From a virus, in IMG/VR virus record IMGVR_UViG_3300035696_000035, positions 1 to 64,000 of that record: a stretch of DNA of 64,000 bases. One strand, given 5' to 3'. Made by a program: the position numbers and the translations under genes. Below, piece by piece: positions 42,268-51,544 of this stretch (the stretch's first letter is position 1; every line of letters begins with the position of its first letter). The notes below the pieces were generated by a model, which saw only the letters and a list, made by a program, of their open reading frames with translations, had not been told where the DNA came from and ran no database searches.

Positions 42268-43806
42268 TCAGCTCCCGGAGTCCTCCTCCCCCTCCTCCGG
42301 ATCTAAAGGGTCGTCGTCTTCGACGTCGTCCTCCTCTCCTAGCGGAAGTCCCATCTCACGTTGGAAGGTGTCGATGGCATCCTTCAGCTGGTCGGGGGTG
42401 ATCTCGCTCTCATCTCCCTGGTCTGCGGGTGGGGAAGCTTCGCCTGGGACCGTGGTATTTACCGCGGCGTTTACCTTTGCGGCCCGACCGATGAGCGACC
42501 ACATCCGGGCCATGCCGTCGTCGTCCTCGTCACGGTACTTGCTGAGGCCCTTCACCCGCTTCGCCAGCTCCTTGACGCTCTCGGCGGCTTCCTCAGGGCT
42601 GAGGTAGGTCCGTCTGACGACGTACTCATGGATGAAGGCGATGGGCCAGTCCTTGACGTAGTCGTAGCCGTCGTTGTACTCGCCCAGTACGTGGCGGACC
42701 ACTTCCTCGTCCAGGGTGTCGACCAGCTCAATCTCATCGATGCGGCCTGGACGTTGCAGGGCATCGTCCAGCTTCCGTCGGTTGTTGACGGTGATGATGA
42801 CCAGCTTCACCTTCTCTTGGAAGTACTCCAACGTCTCCAGCAGCTGTGCCTGGTGGTGGGTGCGATCGAAGTCATCCAAGATGACCGCATCAGGTTGGAA
42901 GATGTTCAGCGCCTCGAACAGGGTGGAGTTGTCGAGCTGGCCGAGGTCAGCGATGCGGATGCGGAACGACCTGAACCCCATCAGCTCGACGATCGTCCGT
43001 GCCATCGTCGACTTGCCGGTGCCGGGTGGCCCGTAGAACATCACGGTGCGGGGCACCCCCGCGGCGATGGGCTTCTTGAGGTACCGAGCGTACTCGGTGG
43101 CCCGCTTGGACTGCTTGCTCTCGAAGGCATCGTCCTGCTCGAAGATGACCCGAGCCTCGTTCTCCTTGAGGATGAGGCGGTTGTTCTTCCGCATCACCAA
43201 GCTCTTGCCCTGGAACTGTTCCCACAGGAGCTGCTTGATGTAGTCCTTGGCCTCCTGCATCCGCTCGGTCTCGACGTAGATGTTGTCGACCGTCTGCAGG
43301 CGTCCGGTGTAGGTCCAGCCGACCTTGAGGCCATTGGGCAGGGTGCAGACCCGGATGAAGGTGTTGTCTTCCGATGTCTTGATCCTCTCGTATGGGAACT
43401 TCTGGAGCACGTGGAGCAGGGTCTGGGTGAAGTCCTGGCTGTAGGGCTCCGTCCATTCGTCTCCGGCGAAGTAGTCCTCGCTGTAGACCTCGACGTCTTC
43501 GATCATGGTCTTGCCCATGGCGAAGGCTGCCTTGCCCGCCGTCCACCATGAGGGCTTGTCCAAGAACGGCGTCGCCGCGTTGAACAGCTCGGTGCCCAGG
43601 GCAAACGCGCGCTTGACCTTGCTGATGCTGAGGAAGCGCCTGATCTCTTCGATCAGGGGCATGTCCTTCACCACCTTCAGCAGGTCCTCGTCGTCGGGAG
43701 CCATCAGCCCGCCCTTCTTTCCCATGTCTTCCTCTTTGTCTTCGGTGACTTCGACGTCAAGAGCATCAATGAACTCGTCTGCTACGTCTTCCCACTTGGT
43801 CGTCAT
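42268..43806 (-). CDS. AAA+ ATPase (paralog of 18622..19902) with acidic C-terminal tail
   Basis: Trimmed to MTTKWEDVADEF (ATGA overlap with 43803..44498); Walker A GPPGTGKST, Walker B VILDDFD, LQRPGRIDEI; tail EEDDVEDDDPLDPEEGEEDSGS. Confidence 0.75.
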   Translation of the reverse strand: MTTKWEDVADEFIDALDVEVTEDKEEDMGKKGGLMAPDDEDLLKVVKDMPLIEEIRRFLSISKVKRAFALGTELFNAATPFLDKPSWWTAGKAAFAMGKTMIEDVEVYSEDYFAGDEWTEPYSQDFTQTLLHVLQKFPYERIKTSEDNTFIRVCTLPNGLKVGWTYTGRLQTVDNIYVETERMQEAKDYIKQLLWEQFQGKSLVMRKNNRLILKENEARVIFEQDDAFESKQSKRATEYARYLKKPIAAGVPRTVMFYGPPGTGKSTMARTIVELMGFRSFRIRIADLGQLDNSTLFEALNIFQPDAVILDDFDRTHHQAQLLETLEYFQEKVKLVIITVNNRRKLDDALQRPGRIDEIELVDTLDEEVVRHVLGEYNDGYDYVKDWPIAFIHEYVVRRTYLSPEEAAESVKELAKRVKGLSKYRDEDDDGMARMWSLIGRAAKVNAAVNTTVPGEASPPADQGDESEITPDQLKDAIDTFQREMGLPLGEEDDVEDDDPLDPEEGEEDSGS

Positions 43807-44498
43807 GCACACAGGTCCTTCGCCAGTTTTCCCTCTTTCTCCAACGTCATGTTCGCATTGAGCTCCCAGTGGAGTGGGATGAGCTTCAACCTCTTGGCGG
43901 CATGGACCAACGTCCGAGCATGGTAGTACAACACTCGGGCTTCTGGCATCACGCCCGGCGGTCGCTTGATCTTGAGGAACCGCTTCTTTGCGTCTTTGAC
44001 GATCCACCACGGACCGGTGTGCTCCTCTCGCTGGTAGCCTTCTTGCAGGTACTGGTCGACAGCAACACGGAGCTCCTCAGGTACCCGCTTCCAGGTGTCC
44101 TCGTTCTTGACGCAGAGGACGATGTAGTTGATGTAGTCCTTCCACGCCTTGATCTGACGTTCCCATTCCCGTTCGGGGTCAGCGTAGAAGCCAACGCATG
44201 ACTCAGTGAAGACCTTGGGCCCACAGACGATGCCGATCTCGATCTCCTCCGGGAAGGGCTGCCCGCCAGCGTCTACGTTGCCAACCTTGGCCGAGTCCTC
44301 GTGCGACTCGTTCTTGAGGTGCAGCACGTGCCTGATGGGTCGACCACAGCAAGCACACTTGCTCTTGCCGTAGTGGAAACCGCAGATGATCCACGAGCCC
44401 GCAGCAATGAGGGGCTTGAAGTTCTTGCCGTAGGCTTTGACGTGCCTATCGTCACTGGCCCGCTCGATGACGTCAGTCTGTTGGGTCTGGTATCGCAC
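43803..44498 (-). CDS. hypothetical Cys-rich protein
   Basis: 231-aa ORF; CGFHYGKSKCACCG cluster. Confidence 0.4.
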   Translation of the reverse strand: MRYQTQQTDVIERASDDRHVKAYGKNFKPLIAAGSWIICGFHYGKSKCACCGRPIRHVLHLKNESHEDSAKVGNVDAGGQPFPEEIEIGIVCGPKVFTESCVGFYADPEREWERQIKAWKDYINYIVLCVKNEDTWKRVPEELRVAVDQYLQEGYQREEHTGPWWIVKDAKKRFLKIKRPPGVMPEARVLYYHARTLVHAAKRLKLIPLHWELNANMTLEKEGKLAKDLCA

Positions 44499-44679
44499 TG
44501 GTCAGCCTCCTTGTGGGAACATGAGCGCTGACTGTCACAGTGGTGACCCCATCGGGCCCGGAGAGCTTTGCAGCCTCCATGAGGAGTCGCATCAAGTTCA
44601 TCATGGTTGAGCGCACGTCGCGGCCGCCGACCTTGACAGTCGTCGTCTTCACGCAATCGAACTTTTCTGGAGTGCTCAA
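44473..44679 (-). CDS. hypothetical protein
   Basis: 68-aa ORF, ATGA-coupled to NRDE gene. Confidence 0.35.
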   Translation of the reverse strand: MSTPEKFDCVKTTTVKVGGRDVRSTMMNLMRLLMEAAKLSGPDGVTTVTVSAHVPTRRLTSAIPDPTD

Positions 44680-45500
44680 CCGATGACCTCGATGTCTTCG
44701 TCCTTCAGCTCAATGGGCTCCAAGTCACTGAAGTCCAGATGCAGCAAGCGCCCCGCTAGTGTCAACGGCGTGTGTTGGCATGCAGGGCCCTCCTTGTACC
44801 AGTACTCCACAACCCCTTGATTGGACACGGTGACCAGGCTGGTGCTCCTTGTCCCGAAGGCAAACTCGTCAGCATGGACGCACAGGGCCTGGAACGGGTC
44901 GTCCTTCGCCTTCCTGTTTGAGAAGTGAGAGGCCAGCGTGACGAGCAGTCGTGTCTTGACTTCCTCGAACGGGACGGGAGGGTCATCGATGAGGCTCTCT
45001 GTCATCCGCTTGGCCCAGTCGGTCTTCTCGGCGTACCTGGTACCCCAACAGTCGTTGCTGATGACGTTGATGCCTTTGGGCATGGGCAACATCTCGATGT
45101 GGTTGCCTGGCAACACTCGGGTCAGGAACATCGCACCGGGCCTGCCAAAGACCAGGTTGAAGGGGTTGTAGTCTTCAGGGTCGATGGATGCCAGCACTCG
45201 AGCGGCAATGGTGTGGTTGCCCGCTCCGAGCACCCGGAGGACGACGTCGCCCCGAGACTTCTTGTGTTCGTCGTGGTGTTGGTCGTCCTGATTGGTGATG
45301 CCAACGAACCACCCCGTCTGGTCAACGCCCATCCAAGTGCCACCACGTTCGTCATCGTGGGGCATGATGAGGCTGATCAGGTTGGCCTTCTGTGTCACGT
45401 CAGGTGGGCGTGACTTGCGGTCGTACCTCTCGTCGCGGTTAGCGGCGACGATTAGTGGGTACCCCTCCACCTGCTCGTTGAGGATGATGAGCGTGCACAC
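44676..45500 (-). CDS. NRDE-family protein (TANGO2/DUF833-like, N-terminal Cys)
   Basis: MCTLIIL..PLIVAANRDERYDR matches NRDE-family N-terminus. Confidence 0.7.
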   Translation of the reverse strand: MCTLIILNEQVEGYPLIVAANRDERYDRKSRPPDVTQKANLISLIMPHDDERGGTWMGVDQTGWFVGITNQDDQHHDEHKKSRGDVVLRVLGAGNHTIAARVLASIDPEDYNPFNLVFGRPGAMFLTRVLPGNHIEMLPMPKGINVISNDCWGTRYAEKTDWAKRMTESLIDDPPVPFEEVKTRLLVTLASHFSNRKAKDDPFQALCVHADEFAFGTRSTSLVTVSNQGVVEYWYKEGPACQHTPLTLAGRLLHLDFSDLEPIELKDEDIEVIG

Positions 45501-45503
45501 CGC

Positions 45504-46088
45504 TCACCTGTCGTCGTCTTCTTCGTCCTCATCCTCGTCGTCGTCGCTCTCCTCGTACTCATCGTTGGGAGTGAAGACGGGAGCGTCAGCTCCCGGGTGG
45601 AGCTGGATCTCGCACCAGACCAGCTGCCCGTCGGAGATGATGAAGTGAGAGGTCTTGTAGTTGTTGATGTCTTCACCGTCGTCATTGACCTCCCCGTAGG
45701 TGACGCTTCCCTCGGCCTGGCCGCGGAGGAGCGGGACCACCTTGTTGACGAAGATCGGGAAGAAGGTGTTGGCCGCGGTCTCGTCGTAGCCGCTGTCATC
45801 GTCGTGCCAGTCGAGGCAGTTGATCTCCAGGCCGGCCACCGACTTCTTGACAACCTTGGCACCGCACTCTCGACAGAACTTGGCGTTACCGTAGCTGGTG
45901 GTGCCGCAGGCACACTTGACCTTCTCTTTGGTCTGCGAGTTGATCTTGTCCTCCAGCTCACGGAGGAAGCAGTTCTCGGGAAGGTCCCCGTCGTACTTGT
46001 CGAGGAGCTTCTTGGCATCGCGCGGGTCGATGTTGAGGGTTGAACGCTCAGGCCTCAGGAACGTGACGCTGTCGATTCGAGTGCTCAT
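45504..46088 (-). CDS. hypothetical zinc-ribbon protein with poly-acidic tail
   Basis: CACG..x..CRECG ribbon; C-terminal EESDDDEDEDEEDDD. Confidence 0.4.
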   Translation of the reverse strand: MSTRIDSVTFLRPERSTLNIDPRDAKKLLDKYDGDLPENCFLRELEDKINSQTKEKVKCACGTTSYGNAKFCRECGAKVVKKSVAGLEINCLDWHDDDSGYDETAANTFFPIFVNKVVPLLRGQAEGSVTYGEVNDDGEDINNYKTSHFIISDGQLVWCEIQLHPGADAPVFTPNDEYEESDDDEDEDEEDDDR

Positions 46089-46999
46089 ATCGGTGCCTCC
46101 ATCAATCTCTTGCCCAAGTCCTTCAAGAACTCGGGCCCGTACTTCAGGTTGCCTGTTGCCTCGAGGTCTCGCTCGAGGAAGTCAGGCAGGACTTCGTCCT
46201 GGCACCGTGCCGAGGCGATGCCCCAGGCGATCGCGGCGACGCTGTCAGTGTCCCCGCCCCACTCGATGACCTGTCGCATGATGCCCATCAGGGTCGGTTG
46301 GGTCGTCAACAAGGTATGCACCGCCCATGCAGTGTTCATGCCCACATCCCACGGTGAGTGCTTGGCTTTGCCGGTCACCGGGCCCACCCAGGGCTCACGG
46401 AAGCGCTCGAAGGCCGGGAGCTGGTTGGCCAACCACCCGGTCATGCTGGGGAAGTCTCGACGGTCATAGAGGGCAAAGTGTGACATCAGGGCCACAGCCA
46501 CCGAGGCAGTCACGCCCTCGTAGGTCGCATGGGTGGTGCCCGCCTGGCGCATCGCCATCATCTTGACCCACTCCGGGTCGGCGATGGTGCCGAGTGGCAC
46601 GCTCCGCATCGCCGCACCGTTCTTGGTCGAGTCGGGCTTCAGGGTCAGCCGCAGCTCGTCGCCGGACTTGACTGACTCGAGGATCGCCTGGAAGTTGCGG
46701 GAGTATCCATCACGGGGATCACGCTTGAAGGCGTTGAACCAAGCCTCGATGAAGTCCTCGTGCTTAGCGCTCCTACCCTTGGCCAACAGCACTTCGGTCA
46801 ACGCGATCGACATCTGGGTGTCGTCGGTGTACATGCCGGGCCGGAGCTTAGTGTGGGTCGGGTGCTGCAGGTACTGTTCGAATCGGCGAGCCCACTCGTA
46901 GAGGCCTGGGTTCTCTGCTTCCTTGACGTACTCGACGCACGCGGCGTAGGCGTCGCCCTGCGCGATACGGAGCAGCATCAAGTCGTTGCGGTGTCTCAC
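46085..46999 (-). CDS. ADP-ribosylglycohydrolase family protein (DraG/ARH-like)
   Basis: N-terminal GDAYAA, YTDDTQMS, C-terminal GGDTDSVAAIAWGIASA motifs. Confidence 0.7.
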   Translation of the reverse strand: MRHRNDLMLLRIAQGDAYAACVEYVKEAENPGLYEWARRFEQYLQHPTHTKLRPGMYTDDTQMSIALTEVLLAKGRSAKHEDFIEAWFNAFKRDPRDGYSRNFQAILESVKSGDELRLTLKPDSTKNGAAMRSVPLGTIADPEWVKMMAMRQAGTTHATYEGVTASVAVALMSHFALYDRRDFPSMTGWLANQLPAFERFREPWVGPVTGKAKHSPWDVGMNTAWAVHTLLTTQPTLMGIMRQVIEWGGDTDSVAAIAWGIASARCQDEVLPDFLERDLEATGNLKYGPEFLKDLGKRLMEAPI

Positions 47000-47184
47000 G
47001 CAAGCACCATGATCTGCGTAGGTTGGATCTGGTCGCGGACCAGCTCGAGCTCTTTGATACGACGCTTCAAGCGCGTTTTCTCTTCAGCAAACCTGGCTTC
47101 CGAGAGCGTCTTCTCGGCCTCCTCGATCTGGAAGATCCTCAGAGACATCGCCTCGATGACCATCTGTGCGCCCTTCGGTGTCAT
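46996..47184 (-). CDS. small coiled-coil protein
   Basis: Trimmed to MTPKGAQMVIEAMSL (ATGA overlaps on both sides). Confidence 0.35.
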   Translation of the reverse strand: MTPKGAQMVIEAMSLRIFQIEEAEKTLSEARFAEEKTRLKRRIKELELVRDQIQPTQIMVLA

Positions 47185-47621
47185 CCCCATCTCCTGTGTC
47201 CGATGCGGTTCTGTTCGACCTTGTCCTCGAGCACGTCGTTGAGGCACTCGGCAGCGGTCTCCCAGATGTCATACGACCTGCTGAGGCGGTTGTACTTCCA
47301 CCCTTGTGTCCTGCGATCAGCCTCGTTCTTGCAGATGCGTGCTAGCTCCTCGTCGAGCCAGTAGCCCAGAGCGACCTGGATCTTGAGGTCGGGCCCGGGC
47401 GTGTAGTTCGGGGACCGGCCGACGAGGTAGGGTGCGAAGAGCCTGTCAACGTCGCCTTCGACCGCAGCCTTGATGTTGGCCACGGTGTAGGGCTTCGTCT
47501 CAAGGTGCTTCTTCCAACAGGCGCACTTCACCATCGCCAGCGCGCTGCACTGGCCACAGGTGTGGCGAATGCCCTTCTTGTTGTGAAGGCACTCGGGGTC
47601 AGTGCACCACTGCTCAGCCAC
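47181..47621 (-). CDS. hypothetical Cys-rich protein
   Basis: CTDPEC..x..CGQC..x..CAC motif. Confidence 0.4.
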   Translation of the reverse strand: MAEQWCTDPECLHNKKGIRHTCGQCSALAMVKCACWKKHLETKPYTVANIKAAVEGDVDRLFAPYLVGRSPNYTPGPDLKIQVALGYWLDEELARICKNEADRRTQGWKYNRLSRSYDIWETAAECLNDVLEDKVEQNRIGHRRWG

Positions 47622-47850
47622 CGGTCCTGCCCTGGCCCTCAGGATCGCTTGGCTCTTCCTGGGTCAGGACGATCTGGTAGACACCACCGTCAAGCTGAAG
47701 CTTGGCGACGGAAGGCGTCGAGTGGAAGAAGTACTGCTTCTGCGGGTTCTCACCCTTGGCGCGAGCCAGCAGGCACAGCGCAGCGTCGAGCTGCTTGAAA
47801 ACGGCGGGCACGTCGGGGGTCTTCACAACCTTGACTTTGATGTCGCTCAC
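47614..47850 (-). CDS. hypothetical protein
   Basis: 78-aa ORF. Confidence 0.35.
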   Translation of the reverse strand: MSDIKVKVVKTPDVPAVFKQLDAALCLLARAKGENPQKQYFFHSTPSVAKLQLDGGVYQIVLTQEEPSDPEGQGRTGG

Positions 47851-48113
47851 GGGTTCTCCTGGATGACCATGTCATCGATGCGTGCTTTGATGGCGTCCTT
47901 CTGGTCCTTGTTGAGCTTGTCGTTCCAGAGGACCAGAAAGTTCTGGAGACGTGCCTTGTCGTTGCTGAAGAGGGCTTGCCCCAGCTCACTGCGGAGGCGC
48001 TCTTCCTCTTGTCGCTTCGACTTGTCACTGCGAACAACGGCAATGAAGCCGCCGAGCAGTCCCGCCATCAGGACGACCGCACCGATGTCAACAAGAATCA
48101 TGTGCCTATTCAT
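47847..48113 (-). CDS. single-pass membrane protein
   Basis: ILVDIGAVVLMAGLLGGFIAVV TM helix. Confidence 0.4.
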   Translation of the reverse strand: MNRHMILVDIGAVVLMAGLLGGFIAVVRSDKSKRQEEERLRSELGQALFSNDKARLQNFLVLWNDKLNKDQKDAIKARIDDMVIQENP

Positions 48114-48171
48114 ACAACAACGGGCGCCCAGTTTTCACCGAGCGCCCGTTGTGGGAGGAACGACTACGTTG

Positions 48172-49014
48172 TCAGCTCTGAGACGAATCGGGTGGCGTCA
48201 CCGGCGTCGCCGCCGGCACCGTCGTCCCGACGAACGTCACTCCAGGCGGGAGGCTGGGAGCGGCGTTGACATTGAGCCCGGCGAGCAGGTTCGGGTCGAG
48301 CTTGTTGGGGTCGATGTTCACCACGCCAGCGACTCCACCGAGCGGGTTGTTGCCACCCAGGTTGTCGCCCGTCGAGGCGTTGTAGGTGGCCTGGTCGAAC
48401 AGGTGCTCTTTGACACCGCTTCCCTCGCTGCGGTACGCTGCGACGTTGGCAGACAGGCTCGACATCATGCCCCGTGAGTGGGCCGCATCAGCGGTGTAGG
48501 ACACTGAGTTCGACGCATGGACACCGAGGCTGGTGCCGACAGCATAGGCGTCCTGGTTGGCGCCGAGGAAGATGAACTCCCACTGGTATTTCGAACGCTG
48601 GTGGGTGATCTTGTCGAAGATCCTCTGACGCCCGATCTCCCCTTGGAACTCCTTGCTGCTGTTCTCTCCACCGTCGCTGACGATGACGAAGAGGACCTGG
48701 CTCGGACGTTCGTGTTCAGGCGTCTTGCGGAGACGTTCACCGACGTCACCCACCGCTTTGCCGATTGCGTCGTACAGAGCGGTCATGCCACGGGGTTCCA
48801 GCGTGTACTTGGGGACCCGTGACAGGGACAGCGCCTGGTACTTCACCTCGTACTGGTCGTCGAAGTCGTACAGGGACACCAGGCACTCTCCTGGCACTTG
48901 CTTCTGCTTGTTGAGGAAATCGTCGATGCCGACGGTCATGGCCTCTGCGATGCTGCTCATCGAGCCGCTGCGGTCGACGAGGAAGATGATCTCAGTCTTG
49001 TTGGGTTTCGTCAT
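48172..49014 (-). CDS. von Willebrand factor type A (vWA) domain protein
   Basis: Trimmed to MTKPNKTEIIFLVDRSGSMSS (MIDAS DxSxS), later T and D ligands (MTALYDAIG, IVSDGGEN). Confidence 0.7.
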   Translation of the reverse strand: MTKPNKTEIIFLVDRSGSMSSIAEAMTVGIDDFLNKQKQVPGECLVSLYDFDDQYEVKYQALSLSRVPKYTLEPRGMTALYDAIGKAVGDVGERLRKTPEHERPSQVLFVIVSDGGENSSKEFQGEIGRQRIFDKITHQRSKYQWEFIFLGANQDAYAVGTSLGVHASNSVSYTADAAHSRGMMSSLSANVAAYRSEGSGVKEHLFDQATYNASTGDNLGGNNPLGGVAGVVNIDPNKLDPNLLAGLNVNAAPSLPPGVTFVGTTVPAATPVTPPDSSQS

Positions 49015-49018
49015 TGGG

Positions 49019-49273
49019 TCAGTTTCTCCAGATCTCAGGCACGTGGTCAATCTTCTCGTACTCGATGCCGTCAGCCTCAAGGGCTGCACGTGCCTGGCAC
49101 CTGAGACACGTTACTTTGGTGCCCGGGTCGTAGTGCCCAGGCGTCACCTTGCCAGTCATGGGATCATAGGTGCTGAGGCTGGCGCTACCGTTGATGTGGT
49201 AGCACGAGCACCTGCCCTTTGACAGCTCCTTGACAAGGGCGGTCACCTCCGCGGTTACGATGTGCTCGCTCAT
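49019..49273 (-). CDS. hypothetical zinc-binding protein
   Basis: Trimmed to MSEHIVTAEV; CSCYH..x..CLRC. Confidence 0.35.
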   Translation of the reverse strand: MSEHIVTAEVTALVKELSKGRCSCYHINGSASLSTYDPMTGKVTPGHYDPGTKVTCLRCQARAALEADGIEYEKIDHVPEIWRN

Positions 49274-49458
49274 AGAACAAGACCATACACTGGGTCGTAG
49301 ATCGAGTATTGGCGGCACTCGTTCTTGGCATGCCACTTCCTCCAGCACAGCTTCCGTGCGACCTCGCAGCCACACTCGCCCGTGTTGTGGATGCCCTCGT
49401 CCTGCTCGTTGGCGATCTCTCGCTTGCAGTCGGGGCAGACCTCGCGACCCTCTGCCAT
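49270..49458 (-). CDS. small zinc-ribbon protein
   Basis: CPDCKRE..x..CGCEVARKLCWRKWHAKNEC. Confidence 0.4.
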   Translation of the reverse strand: MAEGREVCPDCKREIANEQDEGIHNTGECGCEVARKLCWRKWHAKNECRQYSIYDPVYGLVL

Positions 49459-49697
49459 CAGTTCATCATCGACACGGTGGTCGAGCAGATCGAGATGCTA
49501 CCCTGGCCGGGTGGAGGATCACCGACGTAAACGTCGCCTGGGTACGGCTGCCAGGGCTGGACGTAGGGTTGATTCGGCCAGATCGTTGGGACTGGTTGCC
49601 AGGGGTTGTAGGGCTGGACGTAGGGGCCCGCGTAGGGCATTCTCTGTCCACAATGGGGGCAGTGACCGCAGTTGCGGCAGGGATCTCCGTGTGACAT
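49458..49697 (-). CDS. Pro/Trp/Tyr-rich protein with CxxCxHCxxC cluster
   Basis: MSHGDPCRNCGHCPHCG then PYVQPW-type repeats. Confidence 0.35.
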   Translation of the reverse strand: MSHGDPCRNCGHCPHCGQRMPYAGPYVQPYNPWQPVPTIWPNQPYVQPWQPYPGDVYVGDPPPGQGSISICSTTVSMMN

Positions 49698-49706
49698 GGT
49701 TCTCTT

Positions 49707-50603
49707 TCAGTGTTGGACGCTCGGGACCCAGTGCGTAGTGCGACCATCCTTGGTCTCTTCCTTGACGACTGGGTTGCCAATCGGGTCCGTCTGATTACCA
49801 TACACCGCGAAGCGGCGTTGCATGCCACCTTTTGAGCCGTCAACGTTGCGGTAGGTGCTGATGGTCGCACCACCCGTGTTGTAGCTCGCCTTCATCACGT
49901 TGACGATCTGCTGGCGGAGCCGCTCGATCTCCTGGTTCGACAGCTCGCAGACGATGCGATGTGGGCTGAGCTCGGCTAGGTACAGGGCCTCGGCCTTGAC
50001 GTAGTTGCCAACCCCGCTGACGCACGACTGGTCCATCAGTGCCTCGGCCAACGTTTTCTGGTTGCGGCGGTTGAGGGCGATCCGGAACTGTTGCTCGTTG
50101 GGCGGGTTATGTAGCATGTCTGGCCCGAGCGATGCCAGTTTTTCTTGGTGCAGCTCGTCGCTGTGGACGAACTTCAGGGTGCCGAAGTGCCGGTGGTCGT
50201 TGAAGTACAGGGCGGGTGGCTGGACGAAGTTGCCGGTCGCATCGAGGGGTGAGCCAGAGTCGTTGTAGTTGATTCCGAAGCCTGCGTGTTTGGTCTGCTC
50301 TGACGACCACTGGCCCGACATCCCGTATGTGATCCATAGGCGCCACGGTGGTTCGCTCCGTTCGGGTCCCACCAGCTTCCGTGGGAAGTCCATCGTCCAC
50401 CACATGAACTTGCCCTTGCAGTCGACCTCGGTCACCCGACAGGCACCCCGACCGCGAAGCTCGCCGAGGAACTCGGCGAAGCCCTCGGGTGGCCGCTGCA
50501 CGTACCGGCCCGTGGTGCCCACGAAGGCATTGACGATACGCTTGCCCACAAGCAAGCGGCACAGGTGGTCGGTGCTACGCCGGACCTCGGGACCCTCGGG
50601 CAT
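49707..50603 (-). CDS. Fpg/Nei-family DNA glycosylase (zincless-finger type)
   Basis: Diagnostic N-terminus MPEGPEV; H2TH region (SGVGNYVKAEALYLAEL); no C-terminal CxxC zinc-finger cysteines (NEIL1/Mimivirus-Nei-like). Confidence 0.8.
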   Translation of the reverse strand: MPEGPEVRRSTDHLCRLLVGKRIVNAFVGTTGRYVQRPPEGFAEFLGELRGRGACRVTEVDCKGKFMWWTMDFPRKLVGPERSEPPWRLWITYGMSGQWSSEQTKHAGFGINYNDSGSPLDATGNFVQPPALYFNDHRHFGTLKFVHSDELHQEKLASLGPDMLHNPPNEQQFRIALNRRNQKTLAEALMDQSCVSGVGNYVKAEALYLAELSPHRIVCELSNQEIERLRQQIVNVMKASYNTGGATISTYRNVDGSKGGMQRRFAVYGNQTDPIGNPVVKEETKDGRTTHWVPSVQH

Positions 50604-50683
50604 GACATCACCTTACCACAGGTGTGCGCCAGGGTACATGTACTTGTGCCCGAAACGTATAGCTATGTTCTAAGGGGTGTGTT
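50604..50683. promoter_or_regulatory. divergent intergenic region with two perfect palindromes
   Basis: GTACATGTAC (10 bp) and ATAGCTAT (8 bp) between Fpg/Nei (-) and protease (+) genes. Confidence 0.3.
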
Positions 50684-51544
50684 ATGAAGCGTCTGGCGGT
50701 CTGGGCCTTGGCAGTTACGTTGCCGGCCTGTTGTGTAGCAGCCAGGACGTCGACGGTGAACCCGTCAACACACCTGACTCTGGTCGAACAGCTTGAAGCA
50801 GAGTCACCTGCGTTGGTCTGGTTCAGCGATGGAGAAGGGCACCACACCTACGACACTGACAACGTTCCCAATGGCTACAACCTGGTGCCGTACTGTGCCT
50901 CAGTGTGGATCAGCCCCGATACGATCTTGACCGCTGAGCACTGCGTCGATGACATCGGTCGCCCGAACGAGAAGGCAGACACCAGCACCGATGACAACAC
51001 CGGTGACGACGATGATCCGACCCAGTTGCTGCTGCAACTCCTGGACCAACTACAGGCCCTGAAGGCACAGACGGTCGCTTGGACGCCGGTGGGTCAGGCT
51101 GTCCTGTACTCCAACCGTGAGGACATCGATCCCAAACACAAGGCGTACCACTCTGGCAGGGTCACCGCGGTCGACATGATCAATGACCTGGCTCTGATCA
51201 AGGCAGATGCTCCGGGCAACCACTTCGTTGCCCATCTTCGCCAGGGGACCATCCACGATGGTGAGGAGCTCCACGTTGTGGGAATGCCCGCCGGGTCTTG
51301 GTGGTCCTACAGTCACAACTACGTATCGGGTGAAAGGCCCGAGTACTGGGACGGCAAGCACACTCGCCCGATCATGCAGACATCGGGTCCCCTCTTCTTC
51401 GGCAACTCCGGCGGTGGAGCCTTCGACACTGATGGCAATCTGGTCGGCATCGCTGACGCCATCAGCAGGGTCCCATCAACGGGCTTCTTCATTCCTCGGG
51501 ACGTCATCCAGGGTTTCCTCACCGCCAACGGCTTCAAGCGTTGA
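50684..51544 (+). CDS. secreted trypsin-like (S1) serine protease
   Basis: Signal peptide MKRLAVWALAVTLPAC; His motif LTAEHCV, Asp (NDLALIK), Ser motif GNSGGGAFD. Confidence 0.7.
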   Translation: MKRLAVWALAVTLPACCVAARTSTVNPSTHLTLVEQLEAESPALVWFSDGEGHHTYDTDNVPNGYNLVPYCASVWISPDTILTAEHCVDDIGRPNEKADTSTDDNTGDDDDPTQLLLQLLDQLQALKAQTVAWTPVGQAVLYSNREDIDPKHKAYHSGRVTAVDMINDLALIKADAPGNHFVAHLRQGTIHDGEELHVVGMPAGSWWSYSHNYVSGERPEYWDGKHTRPIMQTSGPLFFGNSGGGAFDTDGNLVGIADAISRVPSTGFFIPRDVIQGFLTANGFKR

